NCBI RefSeq assembly: GCF_964355755.1
Contig: NC_092679.1
Coordinates: forward strand, 19,575,432-19,639,431
DNA: 64,000 nt
Source: Antedon mediterranea
Lineage: Eukaryota > Animalia > Echinodermata
Direction: 5' to 3'
Position numbers and translations under genes: made by a program. This document shows positions 25,721-39,128 of this stretch, piece after piece (the stretch's first letter is position 1; every line of letters starts with the position of its first letter). The notes beneath the pieces were generated by a model. That model saw only the letters and a list, made by a program, of their open reading frames with translations. It ran no database searches and was not told the DNA's origin.

Positions 25721-26229
25721 ATTTCTTCACAATCAACCTTTCATTTTTGAATGCATTCTTTTCTCAATTCATTACTCATAACATTTTTGTATCATGTATT
25801 TTTGTAAATTGATACAATAATTTGTTTTGAATAATTTTTTTTAATTATTTGTTTGAATATATTTTTATTTAAAGTTTATCCCTTGGAATATAATAATAAC
25901 TGATTATGAATTAGTAATGTATTTATTAGTGATGTTATTGATTGAAATATGTTATTTATACTTTGGGCATAAAGGGTCAGGGTTACATCCCATACCTCAT
26001 CTTTTCAAGGAAAAACCTTCACGACATATTTGGTTGTTTACTAACGTTTGCCGGATCAGCCTTTTTCTTTCTTCTATTTTCTTTCGTTTTATCACTACCA
26101 CTCAGAAGTTGGTAGAATAATAGGTAAATTGTGTCGTAACAAGTATGTCAAGGGTATATGAAACAATAAAAGCAAATTATTTACAAGAATAATAGGACAA
26201 ATAATTACTTAGATACAGGTTGTGTATAA

Positions 26230-26351
26230 AACCTTGTCTACAGTCTCAAACTCTCAAATGTGACAAATATGGATGATGATGTCATATCACTACCATATAT
26301 GGGCACATCACACTTTTTTTGTCAAACTAGTTTGATAGTGTAGACAGAGCT
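26230..26351. mobile_element. MITE family A copy, degraded left end
   Basis: Core GATGATGTCATATCACTACCATAT and intact right TIR. Confidence 0.85.
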
Positions 26352-26521
26352 TAAGACTGCTATGATAGCACTAAGTACAAAACTTTATTTATTAAAGCAA
26401 TTTGTGGGAAAATAGACTTCTAAAATATTCATTGTATTAGTAGGATATTACGTCCCTATTTATTTTAGTATTTTATATACCCAGGCTTTTGTCAACTATG
26501 ATTATGCTTTACCATATATAG

Positions 26522-26636
26522 AATGTCAAAAGTCAGAGGCTGAGAAACGAAGAGAAGAATTGCTTCTAGAAGAACTTGTTATTATTGTAGATAAACGTAA
26601 TGACCTAGTACAACAACTTGACGAACAAGAAAGAGA
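26522..26636 (+). CDS. EHBP1: EHBP1 exon, bMERB end (CQKSEAEKRREELLLEELVIIVDKRNDLVQQLDEQER)
   Basis: bMERB helix-3 consensus; TAG acceptor, GTAAGA donor; phase 1-2. Confidence 0.94.
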
Positions 26637-26746
26637 GTAAGACTTTGACATCAATTCTTTTAAACTCATAGATCAAAAATAAATTATTTGTCCATTAAAT
26701 ATTTGTTATTTATGATTGAATATGTTTTATTTTTTACCCTGTTTAG

Positions 26747-26834
26747 AGCTGAGGAAGAAGAGGAACATATCCAGAATGTATTTCAACGAAAGAGTTTACC
26801 ATTAAATAACAAAGATTCTTGTGTCGTGCAGTGA
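26747..26834 (+). CDS. EHBP1: EHBP1 terminal coding exon ending in CaaX prenylation box (AEEEEEHIQNVFQRKSLPLNNKDSCVVQ*)
   Basis: TTTAG acceptor, in-frame TGA at 26832-26834; CVVQ matches the CaaX terminus known for EHBP1. Confidence 0.93.
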
Positions 26835-26960
26835 CCTGATGACATTGACAATCATCAACTTCTTGTTAAAGTTCTTTCTGTTGTTTGACAACAGTGATGA
26901 TAATCAGAAACTAATACTAACTTTGATGTCTTCTGGTCTGATGTCAAGTTATGGTAATAT

Positions 26961-27660
26961 TGATGTTGCTAACTTTACAAGTTTTGATGCCATCAACTTT
27001 TGGTGGAAGTACTGATGTTGTCAACTTCTGCTAACTTTGATGCCGTCAACTTCTGGTAGTACTGATGTTGTCAAGTTTTGCCAACTTAGATGCCATCAGC
27101 ATCTGGCGGTACTGGTGTTGTCAAGTTCTGGCAGCTTTGATGCCGTCACCATCTGGTGGTAGTACTGATGTTGCCAACTTCTGCCAACTTTTATGCCATC
27201 AACTATTGGTAGTACTGATGTTGTCAACTTCTGGTAACTTCTATGCCATCAAATTCTGGTGGTAGTACTGATGTTGCTAACTTCTGGCAACTTTGATGCC
27301 ATCACCATCTGGTAGTACTGATGTCAACTTTTGGCAACTTTGATGCCATCACCATCTGGTAGTACTGATGTTAACTTCTGGCAACTTTGATGCCATTACC
27401 ATCTGGTAGTACTGATGTTAACTTCTGGCAACTTTGATGCCATCACCATCTGGTAGTACTGATGTTAACTTCTGGCAACTTTGATGCCATTACCATCTGT
27501 CAGTAATATACTGATGTTATCAACTTCTGGTAACTTGATGCCATCAACTGGTGGAATTACTGATGTTGCCAACTTCTGGTAGTACTGATGTTGCCAACTT
27601 TAATGGTATCATTGATGCTATCAACCGGAAACTTCTGCTGGTATCATTGATGCTGCCAAC
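26961..27660 (+). repeat. Minisatellite of about 47-53 bp in the EHBP1 3' UTR
   Basis: Unit ACTGATGTT(GCC)AACTTCTGGCAACTTTGATGCCATCACCATCTGGTAGT, about 12-14 copies. Confidence 0.9.
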
Positions 27661-29489
27661 CTGAATACATTAACACTATTCCAGTTCCTCTAACCTTTTT
27701 AAAACTTCGAAACTGTTTTATTTGATTGTTTAAATCTAAACCGGCCTTCATAATCATTTAACTTTTAACTCACTGTTTCTAACTGAAAAATACTAATAAT
27801 TAATTATCGTGTGTTCCACCACAGCACATCTTTTTTATAGTTCCTAGCAACAAAAGTGTACCATTGATATTTAATATCCCCTACATACAATTATATACTA
27901 ATTTTCTCTCATCTTACTAATTTATTTATTTTATTGAACCTTGATATATTTTTTGCGTTTTAAAAACTATTTTTTTATTATCATATATTTAGATATTTTC
28001 AAAGTGACATTTAAATAGTTTAAATATAGAAATTTATTTATTTAAAATATATTTTTCTTATTTCATTCAATCGTTTAATAATTTATCATTCCTTTATTTC
28101 TGAATATAATTTTGACCTACCATTAACGCTAGTGTTTCTAATTTTAAATTCATACATTTCCTTCACATTCAATTTAATCTTTATTAATTAAATTACTATG
28201 CTGCCATCTTAACACATAGCCTTTGTATTAGTTACATAATTTTTTATTTATTCATAGAAATCATTTAGGCTAATTTATTATTGGTTAATTTACACATTAA
28301 TTATCACTTATTTAAAATACACTGTTGTTCACCAATGAAGGAATTATTCTGATCCATGGTTGTACCGATATATTTTAATTTTTAGCTCACGGGGCAGTAT
28401 ATGTGTGTTATTAAATTTAACCATTTTAATTTATTCACCTTAGAAATTGGTATAGGTATATCATTCATTTTAGTATAAAAAAGACATACTAGTAATTGAA
28501 GGAAAAATAACCGGAGATGGAGGCAATCCGTACGCCTCAATCTGAAAAGCAATCCCGACAGCTTCGAGTGGTTAAATTATTGTAGCTGTGTAGTAGCTGT
28601 AATGATTTTTATTTTCTATTTAAACCATGAAATGTAAACTTTTATTGAAGTATTTGTAAATCTGTAATATAAAACGTCTTTTTTCTGAGTGGGGAGGGGG
28701 GATTATTCTAATTTTTTCTCGATTCGTTGTTTAGTATATGCCTAAAATTCGGTGCTTTTTGTTTTGTTTCAGAAATGCAATTTTATTCAAATTATGAATT
28801 CATAAATAATAAAACGATATTAAGGAAGAAATGTTATTATTATGGAAGGCGCGTCGTAGATAATCCATTGTTTTCATATATTTTTCGTTTCATGAATCGT
28901 TTTAAAAAATTAATTAATTAATAATAGAGAGAAGAAGTAATGAAATTTGGTATGGGTTAAATTCTTGAGTTCCGACTAACTCAAAACTTCGTTTAAATAA
29001 AAGATTTATTTTAATGATCATACGGGGCTGCAAGCTTACCATGCTAGCTTACTATGCTTAAATTAATCTGAATGGCGAATGCGAGAAAACTATTCAATTT
29101 TCCATATCTGAGTTACTTACGACGTAGTGTTAAAGTTGAAAATATTGTTCGTTAGTACCGTTAGTTTAGACAAATTCTAGACTCGTTTGTTGGAGTGTAT
29201 ATTATGATAATACTAAAAATTGATATTTTAGAAATAAATACGTCATGTGTGTTAATATATAATGTAAGTTTACGTGTGCAATGTAAGAGAATTCAAAGTT
29301 TAAATAATACTGCATAAGTTCACCAATATTAGGCCTACATATAGTAATGTCTTTATTATTATTTCACCGGCGGCCGTGAAGAGATTACGTTTGGAAAATT
29401 ATACGGTGAAATTTGTCAAATTATTTGACCGGCACTCGTTACGATATTGTATTCGGAAAGTTTAGAAAGATAGGAGAATTAATTAATTC

Positions 29490-29612
29490 AGCTCTGTCTA
29501 CACTATCAAACTTTATGTGTCCGAAATAAATGGTCACGATGACGTCATATCACTACCATATTTGGGCATCACACTTTTTTTGTCAAACTAGTTTGATAGT
29601 GTAGACAAAGCT
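29490..29612. mobile_element. MITE family A copy
   Basis: Both TIRs and conserved core. Confidence 0.88.
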
Positions 29613-32257
29613 TTAACTACGGTGCCTAATATAAATAGTCTATGTTTCTGAGAAACATTTTGTTTAGACCTAATTTTATTTGAACATCCGTTCCGTGCCT
29701 TTAAATTACATTTTATCTGAGAATTTAAGAGAATACCGTATCTTTATTTATTTATTTTATTTATTTATGTTTTACTTATTTTCGTCGTGAAAGCCAACTT
29801 CGTGTGGGTGAGAGATGTTAGACGCTTTTGGCGTAGGCTTATACATTATTTTATAATTTTTTCTCAATTGGATGCCGTAATACGAGACTAACACGAGATA
29901 AGCTATAATATAAAGAAATGTATAAATTCAAATCGACATATTTTGGTATTTAAATAGGGGTGTACAACTCATTATAGCATTTGTTTTGTTTTTTATTTTG
30001 TTCTTTTTTTCTTCTATTTTATTGTAATATTAAAAGAATGCACGGTCAGGTGATGTACATTAAAGGTAAATAAATAAAATAATAAGATATAATAAAACAT
30101 TGTTTTGTCTTTTTGTTAATGAATATAAATTGTACAGAATATGTCATATTAATACTAACGATCTTATTTTTTTTATCGTTTATGATTCTCTCCCATCTTT
30201 ATTCGTTAATGTATGCATATATTTTAATTTACAATAATTCATTATTATATAATACAAATTATAGATCAAGTTATCAATTTCAGGCAGCACACAAACACTT
30301 ATTTTCCATAGTCACTGTATACAAATATTGCACATCATTAAAAATCATAATATTTTAATATATTGTTTACCTGTTATATTTGGTCAAAATGTATGGCTAT
30401 TATTACATTGTTCATGATTGTGTTTATATCTCTCCATTTTAATCCAAGAAATTCCAGGATTCAAGTCAGGATGAGAATGTTTAGTTTGTTTATTTTTAGT
30501 CATGGAGTAAAGTTACTCCATGTTTTTAGTGCATTAGTCGGGTAGGAAGAAGGTGATTTCTATGCGATCTAAACCAGTTGAATGTCCAGTTTTTGTATCG
30601 TAAAGTTTTTTGCCGTGACACTCGCGAACTTCTCAGTCGCGACGCTATAATTCAGCTTTGTTGATCCGCTAGATAGGCCCTACTACTTTCAATTTCAATT
30701 CAAATTAATATATATTTAATTTCTTTTAAGATTTAAACAATAATGGAATAAATAAAAAATAACATTGACAAATAAGACATCTGTGGGGAGGAAGAAGGCA
30801 GTATCCCAGAAAGATACAGGACCTTGCGTCTAGTCTGCCTCGGACACAAAACGGGATAAAGACAAGCGGGACACGGGGCAAGACAAATCAACAGAAAATA
30901 ACCAGGACATTAAACACTAGGCCTACTACCAAATTATAGTCTTTAAATACCGTAATACCGTATATTGACTGCGAACCTACTGCATGTAATAACACTTAGT
31001 AGGCCATCAATGTCATGCATTACCATCGAATAGATAGACCTAATGGAGAAATACGGTAATACACAACCAACCAATCTGTAAATACCGTATTCACTGAACC
31101 TACTGCTTTGAACCTACTGCTTTTAATTACACTTAGTAGAAACATATCAATTTCACGCATCACCATCTGTCACAATTTTACCTTTAAGAAGTCATTTACA
31201 AAAAAAAATCAAATTTAATTGAACAATATAACCACTCCCTGATATAACAATATTAATTTTATTTTTATTATCATTTATATAACAATAATTGCATTATTGT
31301 TTATTTTCAATTCTTTAATAAACTTCGTTGTCATGGGAATTGTGTAAAATTATCATTATTCCGTCATGTTTGCACTTTTTTCAACCCTAAGGATATTAAT
31401 ATTTTCTGACAAAGAACCAGTCAGTTTACAAATATGATATTTTTTTAAATTTCATTATGAATAGGGGTTTTCAACTTTAATGTTTTAATTTAAATAGTAT
31501 TGTTTGTTTCTGTTCCTCTTGATACATTTTAATTTTTACCGCCACGTTTTTTGGAGATGTTTTTTTTTATTATATTATTTCGGTCATGTCAAACGGTTCA
31601 AAAGTTTTTTAAACTCTCATTACAAATTTAATTGAATATTTTAATTTAGCCAAAATGTATTATTCATTGTACTAATACGGTACCGTGTTTGGCCTGCTTT
31701 AAATAATTATCACTGGCTATGTAACATGAATGTTGTTATAAGCTTCTTAATGTTATATTATGTCCAAGTTAAACTGGTATAAATGAAATGTAGGCCTAGT
31801 TTATTAATGTTAAATGTAGTTATATGGTTCAAAATAACTAGGTCTTGGGTGTATTCATTTTTTGTATATAGAACTTATGGATTAATGTAATGTAGGCCAG
31901 AAACTTTAATAACATTTTCCATAGATAATGTTGCATCATTGTGTTTTTGGTTTTTTTTAGTAATTCGATTTAATTAAATTTTAATCCTGGCGCACTTTGT
32001 GTGTATTTTCGTGTGACTTTTGCTTTAAATATTTAAATCAACCGTTTGTAATGGATCATATCTAGTCCTCCTTATAACTTAAGTGTTTTCCTACAACGAA
32101 GTATCTCATTATCCACAAATTATTAATTATTTTTATTTTATCAATTCTGTACATCTTTGGGAATAGCATCTTTAATTAAGCTCTGTTTTTTAACGATATT
32201 TATTCACATTTAATGGAATCGCTTTCGTTAAAAACATCCTTGACCTGTAAGATACCA

Positions 32258-32705
32258 AGTTTTGTTTTATTTTCCTTTAATTAATATTAAATTATTTTGT
32301 ATTATTATTTTTTATTATAGAAATAGTACTCATACATTCATTCAATTTCGTCAAAATCAACAATAACAATTTACAAGAAAGTTTGGATGTTTAAATTTAT
32401 TTTAAATTGTTAAGTTTTGTTTTACCTCAATTAATATTTACTAATTACTTTTTTTTATTATAGAAATAGTACTTTTTCATACATTAATTCATTTTCGTCA
32501 AAATCAACAATAACAATTTACAAGAAAGTTTGGAAGTTGAAATTTATTTTAAATTGTTAAGTTTTGTTTTACTTTAATTAATATTTAATATTTACTTCTT
32601 TTTTTTGGATAGAAATAGTACTTTTTCATACATTAATTCATTTTTATAGAAATAGTACCTTTTCATACATTCAATAATGACAATATACAAGAACGTTTGA
32701 AAGTT
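32258..32705 (+). repeat. Local tandem duplication, about 145-bp unit, 2 copies plus partials
   Basis: ATAGAAATAGTACT...CGTCAAAATCAACAATAACAATTTACAAGAAAGTTTGGA repeated. Confidence 0.75.
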
Positions 32706-34242
32706 TACTTGTAATTTCTAAACTGATGACGTCAAACCCCCTTTGCCTTATTTGGGTCCATTGTATGTAGTCAAACATGGTGGAAAGAATTCAATTCCAA
32801 AAACGTTCTTATCCCGATCTTTGGTCACGGTAGACTCGCAATGTAAACTAACTTGTTTAAAATACCAAGGAGTTGTTACTCCCTGAAAATACACAAAGAA
32901 GAATTTACAAATTGTTATATCGTTTTTATTTTGTTTATAATTTCGCCGCTTTTAGGCCTATACATTGAATAACAATAGAGATAATAACACAATTACTTAA
33001 TTATTTGATTCTCCTTTCTTTGTGAATCGCTCCATTAACTGTTTATCGTATTGCAACTGTAATCGCTTGAGTGAGCAGTATACTCTCATTTCCACTGATA
33101 ATAACCGGTTTAATTTGTGGAATCGGTTACCGCTTTCTAAAGCTTGATATGGACCAATCATAGAAATTAATTAAGCGGTAATTATTTGTTTTGATTAATA
33201 AATTTAATGTATTTATATTATTGTATTGTTACTTGTAAATATTTTTTTTTTTTTAGGTATAGCAATTATTATTCATGCTTTTTTCCCCTATATGTTCTGT
33301 TCTGTTTTGTTTCTTATTGTGAGTGCCACTGATTCAAAGGTGTATCGTCAACAAATAAACACAATTTTCTTTTTAAATTCAAATCATTTAATTATTAATT
33401 AATATAAAATTGGTTATTGTAAATAGAGGATTTAACAAAAAAAAAGAATGTTAGGAAGTAAGTACTTTATTAATGGTAGGCCTATGATACTAAAGGTGAA
33501 CATGTTTTAGGCCTATATCAATGAGGGAAACAGAAAATAATGAAAAAGGTAGAAAATGTTGAGAATTATGTAATGAAACATTGAATGAATAAAGGTGGTG
33601 GTGAACCACAAAAGATTTAAAAAAAAATTGAATCATAGAGGAAAAAATAAATATTTTAATTTATTTTTTTTTTCACAAAATCGAAGTTATCAACATTATA
33701 GAAACTAAAAACGGATTGTTTAAAATCTATAAATAAATAAATTTGAATTATGAATTTTCTGAACGATTCCTTATTTATTATAAGTGCATTATTAGGAAAT
33801 ATACATATATTAGGAAAAGATATCATTATTTAATACTGAATAAATAGAATCTAAATTTTATATTTAAAATGAATTATTCTAAATTAAATTGAATTTTAAC
33901 CGTTTTTCAGAATGGCAAATTGAACGTGTAGTAGAAACAGTTGATTTACCTAATGAAAAAACTTAACCTTGACATGGTTTTTTTAAAGGGCCACAAATGT
34001 AAATGTAATTGTTATCTTTTTGTTTGAAAATAATTGTATTTTGAATGAATGAATGACATATTTACATACCAAATGCAACACATAATAGACGTCTTTTATT
34101 TGATTCATTTTTTATTGTAGGCCATATCTGTCATATCTTGCCAAAGGCAGATTAGACGCGTTATTAATGTATTGATACATTCATTTAATAACTGTCCTAT
34201 ATGGAGTCAATGAATTTGGTTATTTTTATACGTTTTATTCAC

Positions 34243-34725
34243 GTTGTTTTATTATTTATTATCAATATTAATTTATTTTCAAAGAAATATGTAAATATAT
34301 TTGTTGGTTTTTCTGTATAATATTATTTTATTTTTTTATCATTATTTTTGTTAGTAATTATTTGAGGTCTATTGAGTCACTGAATGTGGTTATTGTTTTG
34401 AGTAAGTATCCTATGTTGTTTTATTGTTTATTATCAATAATAATTTATTTTAGAAATATGTTAATATATACATTTGTTTTTCTGTATATAATATTATTTT
34501 TTTTTTTTTTATCATTTTTGGTTCGTAATTAATGAGGTCTATTAAGGCATTGGATGTGGGCATTGTTTTGAGTAAGTGTTATCTTATGTTTTATTATTTA
34601 TTATCAATAATACAGTCATGTATAGTTTCAAAGAAATATTAATGTTGATATTTTATGTTTTTTTGTATATAATATTATTTTTATTAGTATTATTTTTGTT
34701 AGTATTTATGATGGACCTATTGAGG
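34243..34725 (+). repeat. Diverged tandem repeat, about 170-bp unit x3
   Basis: TGAGGTCTATT...ATGTGG..ATTGTTTTGAGTAAGT recurring. Confidence 0.7.
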
Positions 34726-37468
34726 CAGAAATTTAGCAGACAATGTGGAATACCCACGACTTATTGATGGAAATTGGCGCGAAATTCATCATTAACTCGC
34801 ATAATAGAAGGTACGGTAGGCTTTATTATTTGTTCAATTCTTTATCTTTCGAAATTGTCATCTTCGAGTTTATTTTGATAATTCCATCATATCAAAAAAT
34901 TAGAATTTCACCTATGTTACACTGTATATAGATATACAGTATATATATTGTACTGTACATATTGTATATGGCATATAATAGGCACAACTAAACACTATAA
35001 GCGTATAATAGGATGGAATACAACAACATTTTCCGATCGTATATTAACATACATGCATGTTAAAAAAATGTTAATGTCAATAAAATGATAAAAATGATCA
35101 CCTATAATTCGTCAAAGTGACGAATTAAATTCTAGTTATTTGTTTATATATGTAATTACTGCCCTACATCTAACACAAAGTTAGCTTATATAGGCCTATG
35201 GATATTAACAATTAGTTTTTCACATTCGAAAACTCCACCACTTCTGCTGCATCTGTTCAACAGCCTAACAACATGTGGATACCAGTTTTAAATCAGTGTG
35301 GCCTACAAAGATGAATCCTTATAGGCCTATATTCTTTTAAATGAAATAAACAAATTATTAAAAAAATTTATTTTAAAAAAAATAATAATGTTAAGGAAAT
35401 AAAAAGTAGTGAGACATTATTTCAGTATTTATCGAATGGTAAATTTTCTAATCAAATGTTTAGGCCTACAACTTGACTAATTATCTCTCCCACTCCTTTA
35501 CAATTTCATTGAATAGGCCTACCCTAGATAGGGTAGGCCTATATTGTTTAAATTGAATTGATAAGTTATACATAGTCGAATTATACCAGAAATATGCGGA
35601 GGTACAATGAGTACATTCGATTTCATGACTATTATTAACATGTCTATATACATTAACAGGAATTTAGTTAATTCCTCTATGGTATTAGCTTATTATCATT
35701 TAGTGGACTGTTGTGCTTAAAATGCCTTTGTTTTTAAGTGTGTAATGATGGATAAATCTTGTTATCCGATTACAAATATCATATCTGTCATTTTGAAGTC
35801 GTTTATATATAATTTGCATAGAGCTCATTCTACAGGTGGTCTTGCAAATTGTGTAACTTAGTAAATCATTATTGTTGTGATATTATTTGCGCAGGCATAT
35901 AGCCTATTTTTTTTTTAAGTATGCCGATTGTGTTTACTTTACAAGCTGGTCCCACCACCCAATATGAGAGCTATCATTAGATATATGAAATCGATAAAGG
36001 CAATTTGCTTTAGTGTAATTATATTGAAGCGTGTGAAAAATGCTTTAATGGTGTTTTGAAGCGTTGAGATTTTAACAACCTGTTGTGGGGACGAGGTGAC
36101 TTTGTATGAGTCGGACACGGATCTATGTTGGAGATTGCCGTGGGAAGGGCAATGTCTGTTGCGTTTTGGATCACGCACCTTTTCGCTATCTTGCTACCAG
36201 TGTGCAATAAAAAGTAAAGTTCGTGCGCTTTATCCACGCTTTGATAGAACATTTGTTGACATGGTGTTGTTTGTTAATAGCTGTATGATGTGTTGACCTA
36301 TTAGCCAAATTATGTATCGATACCGGCAAACATTCGTGTTAAGTGTAGGCTAACTACTGTTTGTAGGTCTATATTTAGTTTAAGAGAGAAACGGTCGAAC
36401 AATGATAACCAATGCTGAAAAGAAATAAATTAGTTTTTAGGCATATGGGTTATCGTTCCAATGCATTTTTCACTCTACTTTTATTTCTTTTCCAAGGGAG
36501 AGTACTCACATAGTGTCTTCGTCACTTTTCTACAATCCGCCAGACTGGTGTTACTTAGTAGTTGTATTTTTTATTGAATTATATGTCTTCTGGAAAACAA
36601 ATGAATTGAATTGAATTAAAAGGGGAAGAAAAAAAGTACCATCCTAAACATAGTTCAAAATATGTTTTCAGTTACCGTAGGCATAGGGGCCTATATAATG
36701 TAAAATGTCAATTGAATGTGATACGAGTACTGAAAGATTTGTATTACAGTACAAAAAGATCTAAAATACTTTAGGTCACTTTTACCTGTCAAGAATTGAA
36801 ATGTCTTATTTAATTTCCTTTTAATCAATGGCTTAACACTTTTAACACTCTGGAATAGTCCCAAAACATCGTAGGCCCTACCAAATACGAAAACCGTCTA
36901 GGCCTACATAAGCTTATTAAGTACAGGTATTTTGACAGCTTTACTCTGTGTGCTTAAGCCATTTAAACGAATCCTAGATAGATTAAACCCGTTAACCAGG
37001 ATTAAATATTCATTTGTTTTTGGAACGGATTTAGCAATTGACTTTTCTTGACAGTTTTCGACACATAAAAACTTGAGCATCAGTGTGGTTATATTTGTGT
37101 ATGTGTTTAAGTGTTTATTTGTATAACACAACCGGTCTGTGGGACATCGCGGTTAGAGAATGGAACCCTGGACCTAGAATCGATTTTACGCCCGGAATGT
37201 ATCGTGTTTTTCGTGTATGAAATAATAACTCGGAAAGCAAACATCGATTGTAGTGCAAAATAACAAATGAGAATAAATAGATTTTTGTCAGTAGAATCAA
37301 TCAGTTGAGAGAACCCGTCCCCTGGAATTACTCAGCCTTGAAGAGCGAATGACACCTCTACACAAAATGCAATATTGGTACCAAATAACACAGAAAATAT
37401 TCGGTTGTTCATTATAGAGTATAACCTCCGTTCAGGGGACATTCCTATAAATGCAAATTTACACATAT

Positions 37469-37628
37469 GAGCGGTAACGGTAATAAAAATATGTTATTCC
37501 TTATGACCATTTACACATACCATTTTACAACTCAAAAAAAAAAATCGGAGCGGACGGGCGGTTTCTGCGCAAGAAAGACAGCGTTTACGTGGACAAGCTA
37601 CGCGGTTTTCCGCTTACCGTTACCTCTC
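37469..37628. mobile_element. Small element bounded by 15-bp inverted repeats
   Basis: GAGCGGTAACGGTAA ... TTACCGTTACCTCTC (14/15 match); single copy in the window. Confidence 0.45.
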
Positions 37629-38989
37629 GACATTTTGCCGTGAAATGTTTTAACATTATGGCTACACTGTACACTCCTGAGAGGACTCTCCTAACATAGA
37701 TAAGTAATTAAGGGCCTCTAACAACGTTGGTACTAATCCATTTAGACCCTACTCTAATGTACTTTTATAAAATGTTACTTCAAATTTTACATGCTAGTGG
37801 TTGTTAAAGAACAATATTATCTTCAAAGCTTGTGTAGTTAATCCTAACAACTTACTGGCTTGACGCTATTACACAATAATACCATTTTGTAGTTTGTAGG
37901 CCTAGTATTGCTCTTGAAATCTTGGGCCTAGCTTGATCTTAGCTAACAAGGTAAATCAGATAGAGCACCCTAGCCTATAAGCACATTTTATTTTCTATTT
38001 GGCTTAGCCTTTATATTAACTATGTTTCAGAAATCAAAGGGTCCACTAATTAATTAAATATAATAATATAAAATCCGAATAAAGTGAGGCAAGCCAATGT
38101 GTTTCTAATTTTTTTAAAATATACTATTTACTTATACTCATTTTAACTAAAAATTCGATCGGGAAAAACCTTATTTTAAAGACAATAGTCAAACAGATGC
38201 GAATTTGACAACGGGGTTTTGGTTAAATTGACGGTTTATTTAGGGTTTTTTGGTGGCATCATTATTTTTGTAATGTTTTGTTTTCTGCGAAGTGAATAAC
38301 TTTATTAAAACTGCAAAATAGTCTATTAAAAGTTATATTTTATTAATCCTTATTTTTCATGTTTGGAGAGACAATGCATAGAATGTACATAATCATTGTA
38401 TTGATATTGATTAGCATATTCTATTACAGTATCAGCAACAGTTCGGAAGAGATCAAGTTAATTAATCATCGATAATTAAACTTTAATTACCGGAACCTTT
38501 GATGATAGTGTATATGACTATGTTTAAATAAACAATGTTAACAAGTTTATTGGAAATACATTTCATCCATGAATACTCGACATTGTAAGATAAAACAAAT
38601 CTGCCTGCGCATGCTCAATAAATGATTGCGTTTCTCCATAGTGTAATTGATATATTGATTGATTGATTTTATTCGATATTCATACATAAAAGTTAAAATA
38701 TACAATGTATAAAAAGAATACCTGGATAACCCAGTCGCCAAAAAAGTAAACTTCGAAGAAGAAAAAAAGTAGGCCGAGGGGTTAATCTGTAAGTTTGTCA
38801 AATTAATATATTAACATAATAATGTGTAAGTTTATCAGATTACTATTTACCTAAATATTTATGAAGAGAATATAAAAGGAAAAATATTATAGGAATAGGA
38901 ACAATATAAAATACATAAATAAAATATTTATCATCTCAATATAGAATTAAAATAAAGGAAGTTTTTAACATGGTAAAAGTAAAACATTG

Positions 38990-39128
38990 TCTAGGTCTAC
39001 ACTATCAAACTTTATGTGACAACAAAAATGTGATGTGCCCATTTATGGACATGATGATGTCATATCACTACCATATTTGGGTACATCACACTTTTTTTTT
39101 ATACTAGTTTGATAGTGTAGACAGAGCT
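38990..39128. mobile_element. MITE family A copy
   Basis: GTCTACACTATCAAACT ... AGTTTGATAGTGTAGACAGAGCT|TTA. Confidence 0.88.

Noticed and set aside
25257-25781. F/S/N/I-rich ORFs
   Set aside because: Microsatellite artefacts; only 25189-25262 is a real exon.
26821-27265. ORFs downstream of the EHBP1 stop, or stop-codon readthrough
   Set aside because: They fall in the 3' UTR minisatellite with variable unit lengths, and readthrough would destroy the terminal CaaX box.
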